Shown: positions 27,113 through 38,067 of the stretch, piece by piece
How positions within the stretch are numbered: position 1 is the stretch's first letter
Layout: the number at the start of each line of letters is the position of its first letter
The notes under the pieces: model-generated
What the model saw: only the letters and a program-made list of their open reading frames with translations
The model's database searches: none
What the model was told of the DNA's origin: nothing
Assembly: GCA_965207735.1 (NCBI GenBank)
Contig: OZ242296.1
Span: 2,976,001 to 3,040,000 of the forward strand
DNA: 64,000 bases
Source of the DNA: Candidatus Versatilivorator sp.
GTDB lineage: Bacteria > Acidobacteriota > Terriglobia > Versatilivoradales > Versatilivoraceae
Direction: 5' to 3'
Program-made: the position numbers and the translations under genes

Positions 27113-30100
27113 CTAAAACAGCAGCCGGAAGCCGATCTGTACCTGGAACGGCGGTCCTGGGATGTTCCCCGCAAGATACTGGCCGTCCTGGCTTCGGGTC
27201 TGAGCGAAGTTTGGATTGGTCGGCTGTCCACTCAGTCCGCAGGCCGGGTCGCTGGAGTCGGCGCAGTAGTTGGCCACGGTCGGGAACTCCTGGTTCAGGG
27301 TCACGTTGTCGAGGTTCAGGAGGTTGAAGAATTCCAGTGAAAGGAGGGCATGGCCGGTCTCGCCCAGTGGAAACCGCTTCTGCACCCGCAGGTTGATGTC
27401 GGCGGTCGGCTTGTTCCGGAAGGCGTTTCTGGTGAACGGCACGCCGGGGGCGCGATAGGGACGGTCGGCGCCGCCCCGGTCCTCGTTCGCATCGGCGCCC
27501 ATGCGCGCGTCGAAGGGAGCGCTCGACAGAAGGTGCAAGCCGGTCGAGAGGTCGATCGCTCCGGGTAGCATGACAACGCCTTGGGCGTGGAACTGGTGGC
27601 GCCGGTCGAGCCGGCTGGGACCGTACTCGGAAGCCAGGTCATACCCGTTCTCGTAGGAAATCCCCCCCGCATCCCGCTCGTTGTCGTCGCTCGATTCGTT
27701 CTTCGACAGCACGTAGTGGGCGCTGAGCTGGCCCCAGGAACGACGCAACTCGGAGCTGACGGTCAGCGCCCGATAGAGCGCCTCCGCTGTCGACTCACGC
27801 ACGGTGACGCTGTCGAGCGCCGGGACCGGACGCAGGCTCGCGCCGCGCAGACCGAAGAACGGGCGTTCGGCCGGATCGTCCGGTCGCAGCGACGGCAAAG
27901 GGACGTTGAGGTCTCGGTTCCGTTCCAAGCGGGTGGTATCGACCACCAGCACGTCAGCCCCCAGCGACCAGCCGGGACGGATCTCACGCTGCAAACCGCC
28001 GCCGTATTGGCGCGCCAGCGGATTCTTGAAGCCGGCGTCCACCAGGGTGACTCGCGCTCCGGCAAACGGGTTGTTCACGATTCCTAGGGCCTCGGCGATG
28101 GCCGTGATCTGATCCGGAGCCAGCGTTGGGAGATTGTCGAGTGACCGCCGGTTGAGATCGATCCCGATGAGTTTCATCTGATCGTACAGCGTAACGTGAG
28201 GGCTTCCCACCGGCGCCGGGAACGGCAGAGAAACGCTCAGGTCCCCCGGCGGCAACCGGAAATTGTTCGTCGGTGCAGCCATCAGCAGCAAGGGGGTCCG
28301 CGCGTAATAAACGCCGGCGAACCCGCGCACGACGGTCTTGGCGTTTCCGGCCGGGTCCCACGCGAGGCCGGCCCGCGGTCCGAACTGGCTGCCGCTGCTC
28401 GGGATGGTGGTCGGGTCCACCTGGCGGCCGCTGGGAAAGGTCACGCCGCGCAACTGATCGATCAGGAACTCGTTTCCGGCATCCGGAGTCGGGTTGAACT
28501 GGCCATCCCAGCGCAGGCCGAAGTTGACCGTCAGGGTGGAAGCCACCCTCCACCGGTCCTGCACGAACAGGCCGATCTCATCGGTCGCGAACGACGCCTT
28601 CAGGTCGCCGATCTGCTGCAGATAGATCAACGACGGCGAGTCGAAACGGTTGGGAATGGACCCGCCGACCCCGATGATGTCCAGGGTCGTTTCGACGTCC
28701 GACCCGAAGACCAGGTAGCCACCGTTCTGGAAGAAGCCGAACTTCTGATCGATGAAGACGTGGTTGTAGTCGAATCCCGCCTTCAGATTGTGGTCGTTGA
28801 CGATCCAGGTCAGGTTGCCGGCCGCCTGCGCCCGCCAGTCGAACTGGGTCGTCGGGCGGAAGCTGCGGGTCCCGAACTCACCGAGGGAGAGATCGACGAG
28901 CGGTTTGAGTGCGTTTGCGGAACGGGGACGATCCTCGCGCGAGTACTGTCCGCGCAGCTCTAAGAGCAGACTCGGGGAAGTCACGCTGGTGAACTGCCCG
29001 ACGATCGTCTGGGTCGCGTCCTCCTCGGTTCCGTTGGTTTCCAGCGAGCGGTGGGTGGTGGGTGTGATGACGTTGCCCACGCCGTCGGAGTTGAGCGCCT
29101 GGCTGGTGCTGCCGTTGTAGCGGACATTGAAGCGATTGTCACCAGGCAGGTTGAAGTCGATACGAGCCAGCCAGGCCTTGGCGTCGTTGGTGACCTCGAA
29201 CGGCGTTTCCAGGCCGCGGTAGTGGTCGAACCCTTCCCGGCTGGCGACCGTGGGCGTAAAGTGGTCGAGCCGCGCGAACCGCACCTCGCGCGACGCCTTG
29301 AACTCCTGCTGCTCATAGGCAACGAAATAGAAGGTCCGGTCGCGTGCCAGCGCTCCACCCAGCGAGCCGCCGAACTGGTGCTGAGTCGGGGCCGCGTCCT
29401 GGCCGAACGCGTTCCGCGCCGCCAGCCGTTGCGGCCGCATGAGGTAGAACGCCGACCCCCTCGGAGTGTTCGTCCCCGACTTGGTGATGGCGTTGACAAG
29501 CCCGCCGCTGGAGCGCCCGAACTCGGGCGAGTACCCGGCCTTGACAACGCGGAACTCCTGGACCGCCTCCTGCGGAATGGTGAAGGTGAACTGGGAGCGC
29601 TCGCCGCCTCGGATGCCTCCGAAGAAGGGCTGGTTGTAGTCGGCGCCGTCGATGCTGACATTCCCGTTGATGCCCCGCTGACCCGCCAGCGAGATCTGCC
29701 CGCGCTGAGGCTCGACCTGGGCCGTGGGTGTCAGCGTGACGAAATCGTGGAACCGCCGGCCGTTGATGGGAAGGTTTGAGATGGCCTGGCTGTCGACGGC
29801 CACGTCGGCCGTATCGGTGGTGGTTTCCACCACGGAAGTTTCAGCGGTCACGGTGACCGTCTGGGCGATGCCTGCCGGAGCCAGGGTGAAGTTGATCGTT
29901 CGGACCGCTCCGACGGCAAGCGTCACCTCGTCAAGCTCTGCCGTACCGAAGCCGGCCAATTCGACGTCGAGGTCGTAGGAGCCGGGAGGCAGCAGCGGGA
30001 GGCTGTAGGTCCCCGAGTCGTCGGACACGCCGGTGCGGATCAGACCGTTGTCGAGGTTCACGACCCTCACCGTGGCGTCCGACAGCACACCCCCGGTGGT

Positions 30101-30268
30101 GTCCGATACCAGGCCGGTGATCTTGCCGGTGGTCGCCCTGTCCTGGGCCTGCGCCGGCGCCAGCAGAAGAACGGCTGCAACCAGGAGAACGAGCGCGAGC
30201 CCGCATTTTTTCCCTGGGGTTGTACTCTTGAGGGGAGCGCAGAGATTGAGGGGCGCGTCTAACGTCAT
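27113..30268 (-). CDS. TonB-dependent receptor, Oar-like, with a carboxypeptidase-regulatory-like N-terminal domain
   Basis: NLPINGRRFHDF, EAVQEFRV..YSPEFGRSSGG..NAITKSGTN; C-terminal QIGFRLLF. Confidence 0.92.
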   Translation of the reverse strand: MTLDAPLNLCAPLKSTTPGKKCGLALVLLVAAVLLLAPAQAQDRATTGKITGLVSDTTGGVLSDATVRVVNLDNGLIRTGVSDDSGTYSLPLLPPGSYDLDVELAGFGTAELDEVTLAVGAVRTINFTLAPAGIAQTVTVTAETSVVETTTDTADVAVDSQAISNLPINGRRFHDFVTLTPTAQVEPQRGQISLAGQRGINGNVSIDGADYNQPFFGGIRGGERSQFTFTIPQEAVQEFRVVKAGYSPEFGRSSGGLVNAITKSGTNTPRGSAFYLMRPQRLAARNAFGQDAAPTQHQFGGSLGGALARDRTFYFVAYEQQEFKASREVRFARLDHFTPTVASREGFDHYRGLETPFEVTNDAKAWLARIDFNLPGDNRFNVRYNGSTSQALNSDGVGNVITPTTHRSLETNGTEEDATQTIVGQFTSVTSPSLLLELRGQYSREDRPRSANALKPLVDLSLGEFGTRSFRPTTQFDWRAQAAGNLTWIVNDHNLKAGFDYNHVFIDQKFGFFQNGGYLVFGSDVETTLDIIGVGGSIPNRFDSPSLIYLQQIGDLKASFATDEIGLFVQDRWRVASTLTVNFGLRWDGQFNPTPDAGNEFLIDQLRGVTFPSGRQVDPTTIPSSGSQFGPRAGLAWDPAGNAKTVVRGFAGVYYARTPLLLMAAPTNNFRLPPGDLSVSLPFPAPVGSPHVTLYDQMKLIGIDLNRRSLDNLPTLAPDQITAIAEALGIVNNPFAGARVTLVDAGFKNPLARQYGGGLQREIRPGWSLGADVLVVDTTRLERNRDLNVPLPSLRPDDPAERPFFGLRGASLRPVPALDSVTVRESTAEALYRALTVSSELRRSWGQLSAHYVLSKNESSDDNERDAGGISYENGYDLASEYGPSRLDRRHQFHAQGVVMLPGAIDLSTGLHLLSSAPFDARMGADANEDRGGADRPYRAPGVPFTRNAFRNKPTADINLRVQKRFPLGETGHALLSLEFFNLLNLDNVTLNQEFPTVANYCADSSDPACGLSGQPTNPNFAQTRSQDGQYLAGNIPGPPFQVQIGFRLLF

Positions 30269-30375
30269 TTTGGAATGCCACCCCAATTACTGCCAGGAGC
30301 TCTTCCCCAGGCAGTCGGCTCGCCGAGGCGGGGACCGTTGCGTTCAACCGGGGGACAAAGATAGCATATTGAGGA

Positions 30376-31833
30376 ATGGCCTCCGACATGCACACCCCCC
30401 GCTATCACTTCACCGCACCCGAAGGGGAATGCCGCCCGTTCGACCCCAACGGGGCCATTTACTGGCGGGGGCGCTACCACCTCTTCTACATCTTCCAGGA
30501 TCCGAGCCTGCCGCATCAGGGGCACTGCTGGGGTCACGCCAGCAGCCCCAACCTGCTGGACTGGACCATCCATCCACCGGCCCTGAAACCTGACCGGGGG
30601 GATCCGGAGGCAGGTATCTTCAGTGGCGGGGCCTTCCTCGACAAAGCGGGCCGGCCGGTGCTCATCTACCACGGGGTCGGCGCCGGGACCTGCCTGGCGT
30701 TCCCGGTTGACGAAGACCTGATTCAGTGGCGGAAGAGCCCCCACAATCCGGTGATCCCCGAGCCGAGGGAGGGGGCTCCCGGCTGGGGAGTCTACAACGT
30801 GTTCGACCCTCATGCCTGGCTGGAAGGGGACCGCTACTACGCCATTCTGGGCGGAAAGGTAAAGCCCGATGACCGGTGGGACACGGTCTATCTGTTCACC
30901 TCCGACGATCTGGTCCATTGGGAGTACCAGCGGCCCTTCTACCGTCCCGACCCCGGCTGGACCGGCGAGGAAGAAGACTGCGCCTGTCCGGACTTCTTCC
31001 CCCTGGGAGATCGGCACGCCCTGCTCTGCATCAGCCATCCCCGGGGTGCTCGCTGCTATCTGGGCCGATACCGAAACGGAACCTTCTTCCCCGAGGAGCA
31101 CCATCGCATGAACTGGCCGGGCGGCGCCTGCTTTGCTCCCGAGAGCCTGCTGGACGACAAGGGCCGGCGGATTTTCTGGGCCTGGGCCCTGGATCATCGC
31201 AGCCGGGAGAAGCCGCTACTCGGTCTGGGAGTGATGACCCTGCCCCGGGTGCTGTCGCTGGACCGGGAGGGTTCTCTGCAAATCGAGCCTGTCGAAGAGC
31301 TGGAGAGCCTGCGCCGGCGGCGGCGGCAATGGCGGGATCTGGCGCTTGTCCCTGGCCGGGAGTTGCCCCTGGACGGGAACAGGTGGAACAGCCTGGAGTT
31401 GGAACTGGAGGCCGGCCTTGCGGAGGCGGGGGCGTTGGGACTCAAGGTTGGCTGCAGCCCGGGAGGCGAGGAGCAGACGGTGATTCTCTGCGACCGCCGG
31501 GAAGGATCCCTGCTCATCGACACCACCCGGTCCAGCCTGGACCCCGAGATCTGGAGGCCGTTCCCCATCATCAGGGGGGACGCGGAGTCGCGGGACGTCC
31601 CGGTACAGACGGCACCCTTCGAGCTTCGTTCCGGGGAGCGGCTAAAGCTGCGAGTCTTCCTGGACCGCACCATCCTGGAAGTGTTCGCCAACGGACGGCA
31701 GTGCCTGACCCAGCGGGTCTACCCGACCCGCGGCGACAGCCTGGGTGTGTCCCTGTTCGCGGCCAGGGGCGAGTCGCAGTTATACTCTCTTGCCGCCTGG
31801 GAAATGGAGGCAATCCAAGGCCTTAGAAACTGA
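30376..31833 (+). CDS. Glycoside hydrolase family 32 protein
   Basis: FDPNG...YHLFY, WGHA, FSGG, FDP, ACPDFF and LDRTILEVFANG motifs. Confidence 0.9.
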   Translation: MASDMHTPRYHFTAPEGECRPFDPNGAIYWRGRYHLFYIFQDPSLPHQGHCWGHASSPNLLDWTIHPPALKPDRGDPEAGIFSGGAFLDKAGRPVLIYHGVGAGTCLAFPVDEDLIQWRKSPHNPVIPEPREGAPGWGVYNVFDPHAWLEGDRYYAILGGKVKPDDRWDTVYLFTSDDLVHWEYQRPFYRPDPGWTGEEEDCACPDFFPLGDRHALLCISHPRGARCYLGRYRNGTFFPEEHHRMNWPGGACFAPESLLDDKGRRIFWAWALDHRSREKPLLGLGVMTLPRVLSLDREGSLQIEPVEELESLRRRRRQWRDLALVPGRELPLDGNRWNSLELELEAGLAEAGALGLKVGCSPGGEEQTVILCDRREGSLLIDTTRSSLDPEIWRPFPIIRGDAESRDVPVQTAPFELRSGERLKLRVFLDRTILEVFANGRQCLTQRVYPTRGDSLGVSLFAARGESQLYSLAAWEMEAIQGLRN

Positions 31834-31860
31834 GCCTTTTGAAAATCTTCTGGAGGAAGA

Positions 31861-33738
31861 ATGATGAAACCCGTTGCCTGGTTGATCCCCTTAGCAATCT
31901 TGGTGGCCGGACTGGGGTGTCAGATCCATCGGCACCCCCAAGGCGGAGATCGGACCCACTTCACTCACGGTCCCATATTGGGCCGGGTGGAGACCCACGA
32001 GATGGGTGTTTGGGCTCGGACGGACCGGTCCGGAAATTTCGCTGTCAGATACGGGACCCGGCCCAACAGGCTGGACTCTCTTTCACCGGTGGTGGAGACT
32101 CGGGTCGACCAGGACAACACCGGCTGGATTCACCTCAAGGGCCTGGACGCAGGAACCCTATACCACTACCGGCTGGTCTGGCTGGACGGGACGGAGGAAC
32201 ACCAGGGACCCGGCGGAACCTTCCGTACCCTTCCCAGTCCCCACGACATGCGCCACCCCCAACACAATCCGGAAGGACTCTTCAACTTCCGATTCGAATT
32301 TGCCTGCGGCAACAACCAGAATACCGGCAGTCCGGGGGCTTTCGGGTCGAGCCTGCCCGCCTTCGCCACCATGCTCCGGGAACTTCAGGGCGACGACGCT
32401 CGGGCGCGGATCGATTTCGCCATTCTCAACGGGGACTGGCTGTATGAGGAAAAACGCGAGTACCCGCCCGAGGACTGGCTGCGGCAGGTGGGACTCTCCG
32501 CCGAACAGGCGCCGAGAGTAGTGGAGATGATGCCCAATATCGTGGGCGTCTGGGAGAACTACAAGCTCTACCTGGAACGGGGAGAGCATCTGGCCGACTG
32601 GCATCGGGTGGTCCCCTCCTTCTTCACCTTCGACGACCACGAGATCCTTAATGACGTCTATGGAGCCGGCCAGGACGGTTACCGCAATCGGCGTCCCGTC
32701 TTCCGGGACATCGCCCTCAAAGCCTGGTATGACTATCTGGGCTGGAGCAATCCGGTCGATCCTACCCAGGAGATTCTGTTCGGACGGGCGGCATTCAGGG
32801 CCGGCAGTTCCATCCTGAACGATCCGGACGCCGACTTCAGCCAATTGAACCCCCGGGAGGCGGCCACCCTGCACGTGCACTGGGGAACCCCCGATGCCGG
32901 CGTCATGGATGGCCCCAACGACCATGAGGGCGGCGACCCCAATGCCGGCGTGTACCGCATCGTCGAGGTGCTGGATGCCAGACGGTTGAAGATTCGGCCG
33001 GCCGCCAAGGCCGACGGCCAGGCCGCCTACTCCATTGGGCGGGTGTCGCACTTCCGGAAGTCCATCAGCAATGCCGACTTCTTCTTCCTGGACACCCGCA
33101 GCCATCGCATGATGCACGACGTGAGGCAGCCCCGGAAAAAGGGGCTTTCCATGATCGGCGCTCCACAGAAGGATTGGTTGAAGCGGGAGATGAAAGCCAG
33201 CCGGGCCGACCTGTTTTTCGTGGTCTCCTCGGTCAACTTCACCATCCCTCACGTGGGGGCCTATGGGCCGGAACCCATCCCCAACAAGGATGAGGCCTGG
33301 ACTGTGTTTCTGGAGGAGCGGGAGGATCTGATCCGGTTCTGGGACTCGCTGGGCAAGCCGGTCTTTGTCCTGACGGGCGACCTCCACAACAGTTTCGCCA
33401 TCAAGATCACCGACCGCGTCTGGGAGTTCGCTTCCGGACCCCACAACTCGAGCAACCACCCGCTGAGCAGCGAGGGCGGGCGTCCCACCAACGGCCCCTA
33501 CGATTCCCAGGGACGCCGGGTGGAGATACGCTGGTCCAGCTTCATGCAACCGGACACTCCACTCCCGATGCGAAACCGGCCGGTCTACTGCGTGGTGCAG
33601 GTCAACAACACCTTCAACAACCCGGTTGAGGAAGGAACCGACCGCTGGGTGGCCTACAGCCGTCCCCAGGTCATCTTTCAATACTACGACGGGCTCACCG
33701 GCGAGCTGCTCTACGCCGAATCCATCCTGGCGGGCTGA
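31861..33738 (+). CDS. PhoD-like alkaline phosphatase D family protein
   Basis: NGDWLY, FDDHEI, LDTRSHR and LTGDLH motifs; signal peptide. Confidence 0.85.
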   Translation: MMKPVAWLIPLAILVAGLGCQIHRHPQGGDRTHFTHGPILGRVETHEMGVWARTDRSGNFAVRYGTRPNRLDSLSPVVETRVDQDNTGWIHLKGLDAGTLYHYRLVWLDGTEEHQGPGGTFRTLPSPHDMRHPQHNPEGLFNFRFEFACGNNQNTGSPGAFGSSLPAFATMLRELQGDDARARIDFAILNGDWLYEEKREYPPEDWLRQVGLSAEQAPRVVEMMPNIVGVWENYKLYLERGEHLADWHRVVPSFFTFDDHEILNDVYGAGQDGYRNRRPVFRDIALKAWYDYLGWSNPVDPTQEILFGRAAFRAGSSILNDPDADFSQLNPREAATLHVHWGTPDAGVMDGPNDHEGGDPNAGVYRIVEVLDARRLKIRPAAKADGQAAYSIGRVSHFRKSISNADFFFLDTRSHRMMHDVRQPRKKGLSMIGAPQKDWLKREMKASRADLFFVVSSVNFTIPHVGAYGPEPIPNKDEAWTVFLEEREDLIRFWDSLGKPVFVLTGDLHNSFAIKITDRVWEFASGPHNSSNHPLSSEGGRPTNGPYDSQGRRVEIRWSSFMQPDTPLPMRNRPVYCVVQVNNTFNNPVEEGTDRWVAYSRPQVIFQYYDGLTGELLYAESILAG

Positions 33739-33863
33739 GGGGTAAGGGAAGCCGGGCGTGTGCGGTCGGAGCGTGACGACGAAGAGGAAATCAGTCTGTC
33801 ACCATGTCGGCCAGGCGGTGTTCTGAAAAGCCGGCTGGATCAGCAACCGAGACCAGGGAGGTC

Positions 33864-35006
33864 ATGATGAGAACTACTTGCTGGAAGGGTTCGTTACTTC
33901 TCGTCGTCCTGACGATTGGGACTGCCGGCTGCAGGATGTCCGAATCCCCCGGGGACGGCGTGCCCGAGCCACTGCAGAAGGTCACCGTCTTTACCAAGGG
34001 CGAGGCAGGATACCACTGCTTTCGCATTCCGGCGCTGGTGGTGACCCCCAAGGGAACGGTGCTGGCATTCGCCGAGGGACGCAGGGACAGTTGCCGCGAC
34101 GATGCCGACATCGACCTGGTTCTGAAGCGCAGCACCGATCAGGGACTTACCTGGAGCCCCCTTCGGGTTCTGTTCGACGACGGCGATCTGTCTGTGAATC
34201 AGCCCGTGCCCGTGGTGAACCGGGAAACGGGAGAGGTGGTCTTCGTCTTTTGCAAGAACAACCAACGGGTGTTCATCTCCAAGAGCGGCGACGAAGGGAC
34301 AACCTGGAGTCAGCCGCGAGAGATCACCGAACAGGCCGCCGATCCCTCCTGGAGCTATCTGGGCGCGGGTCCGGGGCACGGCATCCAGCTTTCAAGCGGC
34401 CGGCTGCTGGTTTCGAGCTGGGGAGACCTGTCCCCTGGGCCCAGAACCTGGCGGCCGGCCGGTTGGGGCAAGGTGCAGTTCTCCTATGCCATGTACAGCG
34501 ACGACCACGGCCAGACCTGGCAGCGCAGCCAACCGCTGGATATCGACCTCTCGGACGAGTCGATGTCGGTGGAAACGGTGGATGGGCGTATCTACATGAA
34601 CATGCGCAGCCGGCAGAAAAAGCACCTGCGAGCTTATGCGTGGAGCGACGACGGCGGAGAATCCTGGTCGGAGGTCAACTTCGACCCGGGGATGCCGGAG
34701 CCCTCGGTGCAGGGCAGCGTGGTTCGCTTCACCACTGCCGACCAGCACGGCAGAAATCGTGTCCTGCTTGCCCACCCGTCGAGCCAGACCGAACGCGCCC
34801 TACTGACGGTGCGGATGAGCTACGACGAGTGCCGGACCTGGCCGGTGGCCAAACTTCTCCATCAGGAATATTCCGGCTATTCGGATCTGGCCATCGCCCC
34901 GGACATGACGGTGCTGTGCTTGTACGAGTCCGAATGGCACGCCAGGATGATCCTGGCCCGCTTCACCCTGGACTGGCTGACCGACGGCGCCGACAGTCTA
35001 CGGTGA
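33864..35006 (+). CDS. Sialidase (GH33-like)
   Basis: FRIP motif; Asp-boxes STDQGLTW, SDDHGQTW, SDDGGESW; GYSDL. Confidence 0.9.
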   Translation: MMRTTCWKGSLLLVVLTIGTAGCRMSESPGDGVPEPLQKVTVFTKGEAGYHCFRIPALVVTPKGTVLAFAEGRRDSCRDDADIDLVLKRSTDQGLTWSPLRVLFDDGDLSVNQPVPVVNRETGEVVFVFCKNNQRVFISKSGDEGTTWSQPREITEQAADPSWSYLGAGPGHGIQLSSGRLLVSSWGDLSPGPRTWRPAGWGKVQFSYAMYSDDHGQTWQRSQPLDIDLSDESMSVETVDGRIYMNMRSRQKKHLRAYAWSDDGGESWSEVNFDPGMPEPSVQGSVVRFTTADQHGRNRVLLAHPSSQTERALLTVRMSYDECRTWPVAKLLHQEYSGYSDLAIAPDMTVLCLYESEWHARMILARFTLDWLTDGADSLR

Positions 35007-35816
35007 GGCGATCAGCAGACGATCGTTCAGTCCCTGCAGCGGTCTGGAGTTCGGCGCCGAGATCCCCTCGAATTTAGCGATCTGCTCCGTGCTCACTTCG
35101 ATCGCGTTCGCCATTACGAACCAGTTCACGCCTTCACTGCAGGGCGGAGTGGTCAGCGAGCCCTTGTAATGAGAGTAGGCGCCCGCCTCGGAAGGCAGCA
35201 TGGCCGAGGCATCGATGGTCGTTTCGGCGATCTCGGCTTCCGGCCCGGCTTCCTCCGGCATGTTGGCGAATACCGAAGCCAGCGGATCGTTCTGTCCGCC
35301 CGCCTGCATCATCACTCCGACCACCGCCAGAGATCCGTCTGCGTCCCCATGCACGAAATGCACCTCCATCGGTGTGCGCGTGCCGGCGATGGCGTGCTCG
35401 CTCGGTGCATGGAAATGGAATTGCAAGAGGTTGAAGGGTTTGCCCGCCACCGTCAGAACACTTCCGGGTGCATAGTTCACCTGGACGGTGTGGCCGTGGT
35501 TGACGATCTTCAGCGGCGAGGGCTTGTAGTCGAAGATCAAGTCCGGCCCCTTGGCGGGAACGGCATCCACGATATCGATCGGTGATTGCATGCGCCCGTC
35601 GCTGCAGGCGGCATAGTCGGGTGACAGCGAGCCCCAGTTTTCGGGACCCGCGGATCCGGAATAGCTCCACGCGGCAGAGCCCGCGTGACCGTTCTCCTCT
35701 TGGCCGTGTCCGGAACCATGGCTCCTGTCTTCAGCCCCGTGGTGGCAGCCGAACGACCAGAAAGAAATGGCCATGATTGCCCCAATGGCGATCGGGGCTG
35801 CGATACGATTGCTCAT
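34998..35816 (-). CDS. cah: Alpha-class carbonic anhydrase, secreted
   Basis: QSPIDI, QFHFHAPSEH, EVHFVH and YKGSLTTPPCSEGVNW motifs. Confidence 0.95.
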   Translation of the reverse strand: MSNRIAAPIAIGAIMAISFWSFGCHHGAEDRSHGSGHGQEENGHAGSAAWSYSGSAGPENWGSLSPDYAACSDGRMQSPIDIVDAVPAKGPDLIFDYKPSPLKIVNHGHTVQVNYAPGSVLTVAGKPFNLLQFHFHAPSEHAIAGTRTPMEVHFVHGDADGSLAVVGVMMQAGGQNDPLASVFANMPEEAGPEAEIAETTIDASAMLPSEAGAYSHYKGSLTTPPCSEGVNWFVMANAIEVSTEQIAKFEGISAPNSRPLQGLNDRLLIASP

Positions 35817-36105
35817 CGGCATCCTCTCCTCAGGTTCCGCCCCAGGTGCGTTCCCGGCCCATCCCAGCGATCGGCGACACGAACCGGGAGGGCCGTGGCC
35901 TGGAGCCACTCAGAACATTTCACTCAACGTTGAGTAAAATGATCTTAAAACGGAATCGACTACAGAAGAAAGAACCTATTGAGCTCGTGCTGCAATTTTA
36001 AAGGGGTTCGAGCGCCAAGCCCGCATTTCTTGCCTGATCTGCAGGGGAATTGTCCACCACACGGCCATTGCATTCCGGGTGGCAAGAGACACAAGGAGAG
36101 AGGTC

Positions 36106-36945
36106 ATGCAGCGAGCGATCGCCGTCGTGTCAGTGCTGCTGAGTTGCTTCGCAGTTGCCGCGGCGCAGTCTTCACCGGAGAACCTGGTGGAGCAGCACCT
36201 GTTGCGTGCGGATAGGCTGATGGAATCCGGGGACCCCAAAGGCGCGCTCGAGCTGATGAAAAAGATCATGTTGCTGCAGATGGCGTTCGGTGTGACATTG
36301 CCGGACGAGTTCCCCTTGGATCACGCGAGGATAGCTTTGTCGGCAGGCTCCATCGGGGAGGCCATCGATGCCGCCAACGGGTATCTGGTGCAGGCGGGGA
36401 GTGAAGGCCGGTTCTACCGGCAAGCACTGGAGCTATTGGAGAAGGCCGGGCGGATGGAGCAGCTTCAGACCTGGTTCGGCGCCGAGAAAATGTGTGTCGG
36501 CCAGCCGAAGGGCGCCTCGTGCTGGATGGAGGTGACCGGCAAGCCCGACTGCCATGTATGGAACCACAATCTGCAACCGGACGAATTCGTGACCTGGACG
36601 GGGAAGTGTGCCGAAGGGAAGGCTTACGGGGAGGGAACGACCCGATGGGTCTATGACGCAGGCAAGAAGACTTTGGAAGCAACCGGAAGTCTCAAAGAAG
36701 GCAAGGTGCACGGCCAATGGGTCTTGCGCTGGCCGGACGGGAAAGTTGAGGAAGGCTCGTATGCGGATTGGAAGCGGCAAGGCCGGTGGGTCATCCGCAA
36801 TGCGGACGGAGACGTCGAGGAAGGCTCCTATGTAAAGGGGAAGAAACACGGCCAGTGGGTCATTCGCAAGGCAAACGGGGAGGTTGAACATCTGACCTTT
36901 GATAATGACGAGAGGATGGGGAGGCCCAGTCGGAGCCGGAACTAG
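36106..36945 (+). CDS. Secreted protein with a helical N-terminal domain and MORN-like repeats
   Basis: Signal peptide; TWTGKCAEGKAYGEG; three G.WV.R..DG.VEEGSY-like repeats. Confidence 0.8.
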   Translation: MQRAIAVVSVLLSCFAVAAAQSSPENLVEQHLLRADRLMESGDPKGALELMKKIMLLQMAFGVTLPDEFPLDHARIALSAGSIGEAIDAANGYLVQAGSEGRFYRQALELLEKAGRMEQLQTWFGAEKMCVGQPKGASCWMEVTGKPDCHVWNHNLQPDEFVTWTGKCAEGKAYGEGTTRWVYDAGKKTLEATGSLKEGKVHGQWVLRWPDGKVEEGSYADWKRQGRWVIRNADGDVEEGSYVKGKKHGQWVIRKANGEVEHLTFDNDERMGRPSRSRN

Positions 36946-37005
36946 GCCGGAAGCGCCACGGCAAGGAGTTACCAGGACAAACTGTGAAGAAACTCGAGGA
37001 AAAGG

Positions 37006-38067
37006 ATGATTCATGATCGCAGAAGATTTGTGGGCCGAAGCCTCCAGGCCGGCCTGGCATCGACGTTATTGGCAACGACGGGTTCGGTGGAGGCGCCTGC
37101 CGGTCCCGGTGACCGGACAGCCCCCTACCGGTTCAAGCTGGCCATGTGGATCGATGAGTTGCGGGATCGGGACGAACTGACCCTGGAGCAGGAGTTGGAA
37201 GTCGCCAGGGAAATCGGGATCGAGCACGTCTGGTTCCAATCCGTCCCGGGCGTGAGGCCGATTCCCGAGATGAGCGATGCCGAAGTGGACCGCGTGGGCG
37301 AGCGCCTGGCCCGCTATGGGCGCAAGCTGCTCATGCTCAGCGGCTGGATTCCTTTCCATAACCTGCCGCTGCTGGACCTGGACGTCAAGACCATGACTCG
37401 GCATCCCGAATTTCTCAAGGAATTCAATGCCGTGGTTCGGTCCATGCAGATTGCCGCCCGGTTGGGCGCGCCGGCGGTACTCTCTTACAGCTTCGTCTGG
37501 CCGGGGGAGCGCGGCTACGGGGGACCTACCTGGCCCATGCGCTGGGCGACCCGGGGCGGCATCATCGCCGAAATGGACATGGAGAAGCTGGTCAAGGCCT
37601 TCACCCTGATGCTGGAACAGGCCGAGAAGTACGATGTCGACCTGGTGCTGGGCATGCGGCCCTTCAACTACGTCAGCTCGACCGGGAATTTCCGCCGGCT
37701 GGCCGAGCGCCTGGGTTCCAGGAGGCTCAAGGTCCAGTGGTCCCCCGCCGACGCCCTGCTTTCCGCCGAGTGGGACCAGGCCACCGCGGGCTTCCTCAAT
37801 CTGAAGCCCTACCTCCATAGCCTCCACATGAAGGACGTCCAGGTCCTGGACGGACCCGGGGCCGAGTTCGGCTGGCGCGCCCTGGGAGACGGGCAGGTGG
37901 ACTACCTCACGATCCTGCGCAACCTGCGCCGGCACCGCTCCGATGCGGTTCTGGCCCTGGCCACCCACTTCAGACCGCCCAGCGGATCGCTGATCGAGGC
38001 CATGCACATCAACTACGCCAACATGAAGGCGCTAATCGCAAAGGTGGAGAAGGGGACCGCCGTGTGA
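37006..38067 (+). CDS. Sugar-phosphate isomerase/epimerase (AP endonuclease 2 TIM barrel) with Tat signal
   Basis: DRRRFVG signal; LHMKD...LGDGQVDY. Confidence 0.8.
   Translation: MIHDRRRFVGRSLQAGLASTLLATTGSVEAPAGPGDRTAPYRFKLAMWIDELRDRDELTLEQELEVAREIGIEHVWFQSVPGVRPIPEMSDAEVDRVGERLARYGRKLLMLSGWIPFHNLPLLDLDVKTMTRHPEFLKEFNAVVRSMQIAARLGAPAVLSYSFVWPGERGYGGPTWPMRWATRGGIIAEMDMEKLVKAFTLMLEQAEKYDVDLVLGMRPFNYVSSTGNFRRLAERLGSRRLKVQWSPADALLSAEWDQATAGFLNLKPYLHSLHMKDVQVLDGPGAEFGWRALGDGQVDYLTILRNLRRHRSDAVLALATHFRPPSGSLIEAMHINYANMKALIAKVEKGTAV

Noticed and set aside
36020-36031. cccgcatttct, a partial IS1380 TIR match
   Set aside because: Only 11 bp, with no partner TIR or TSD.
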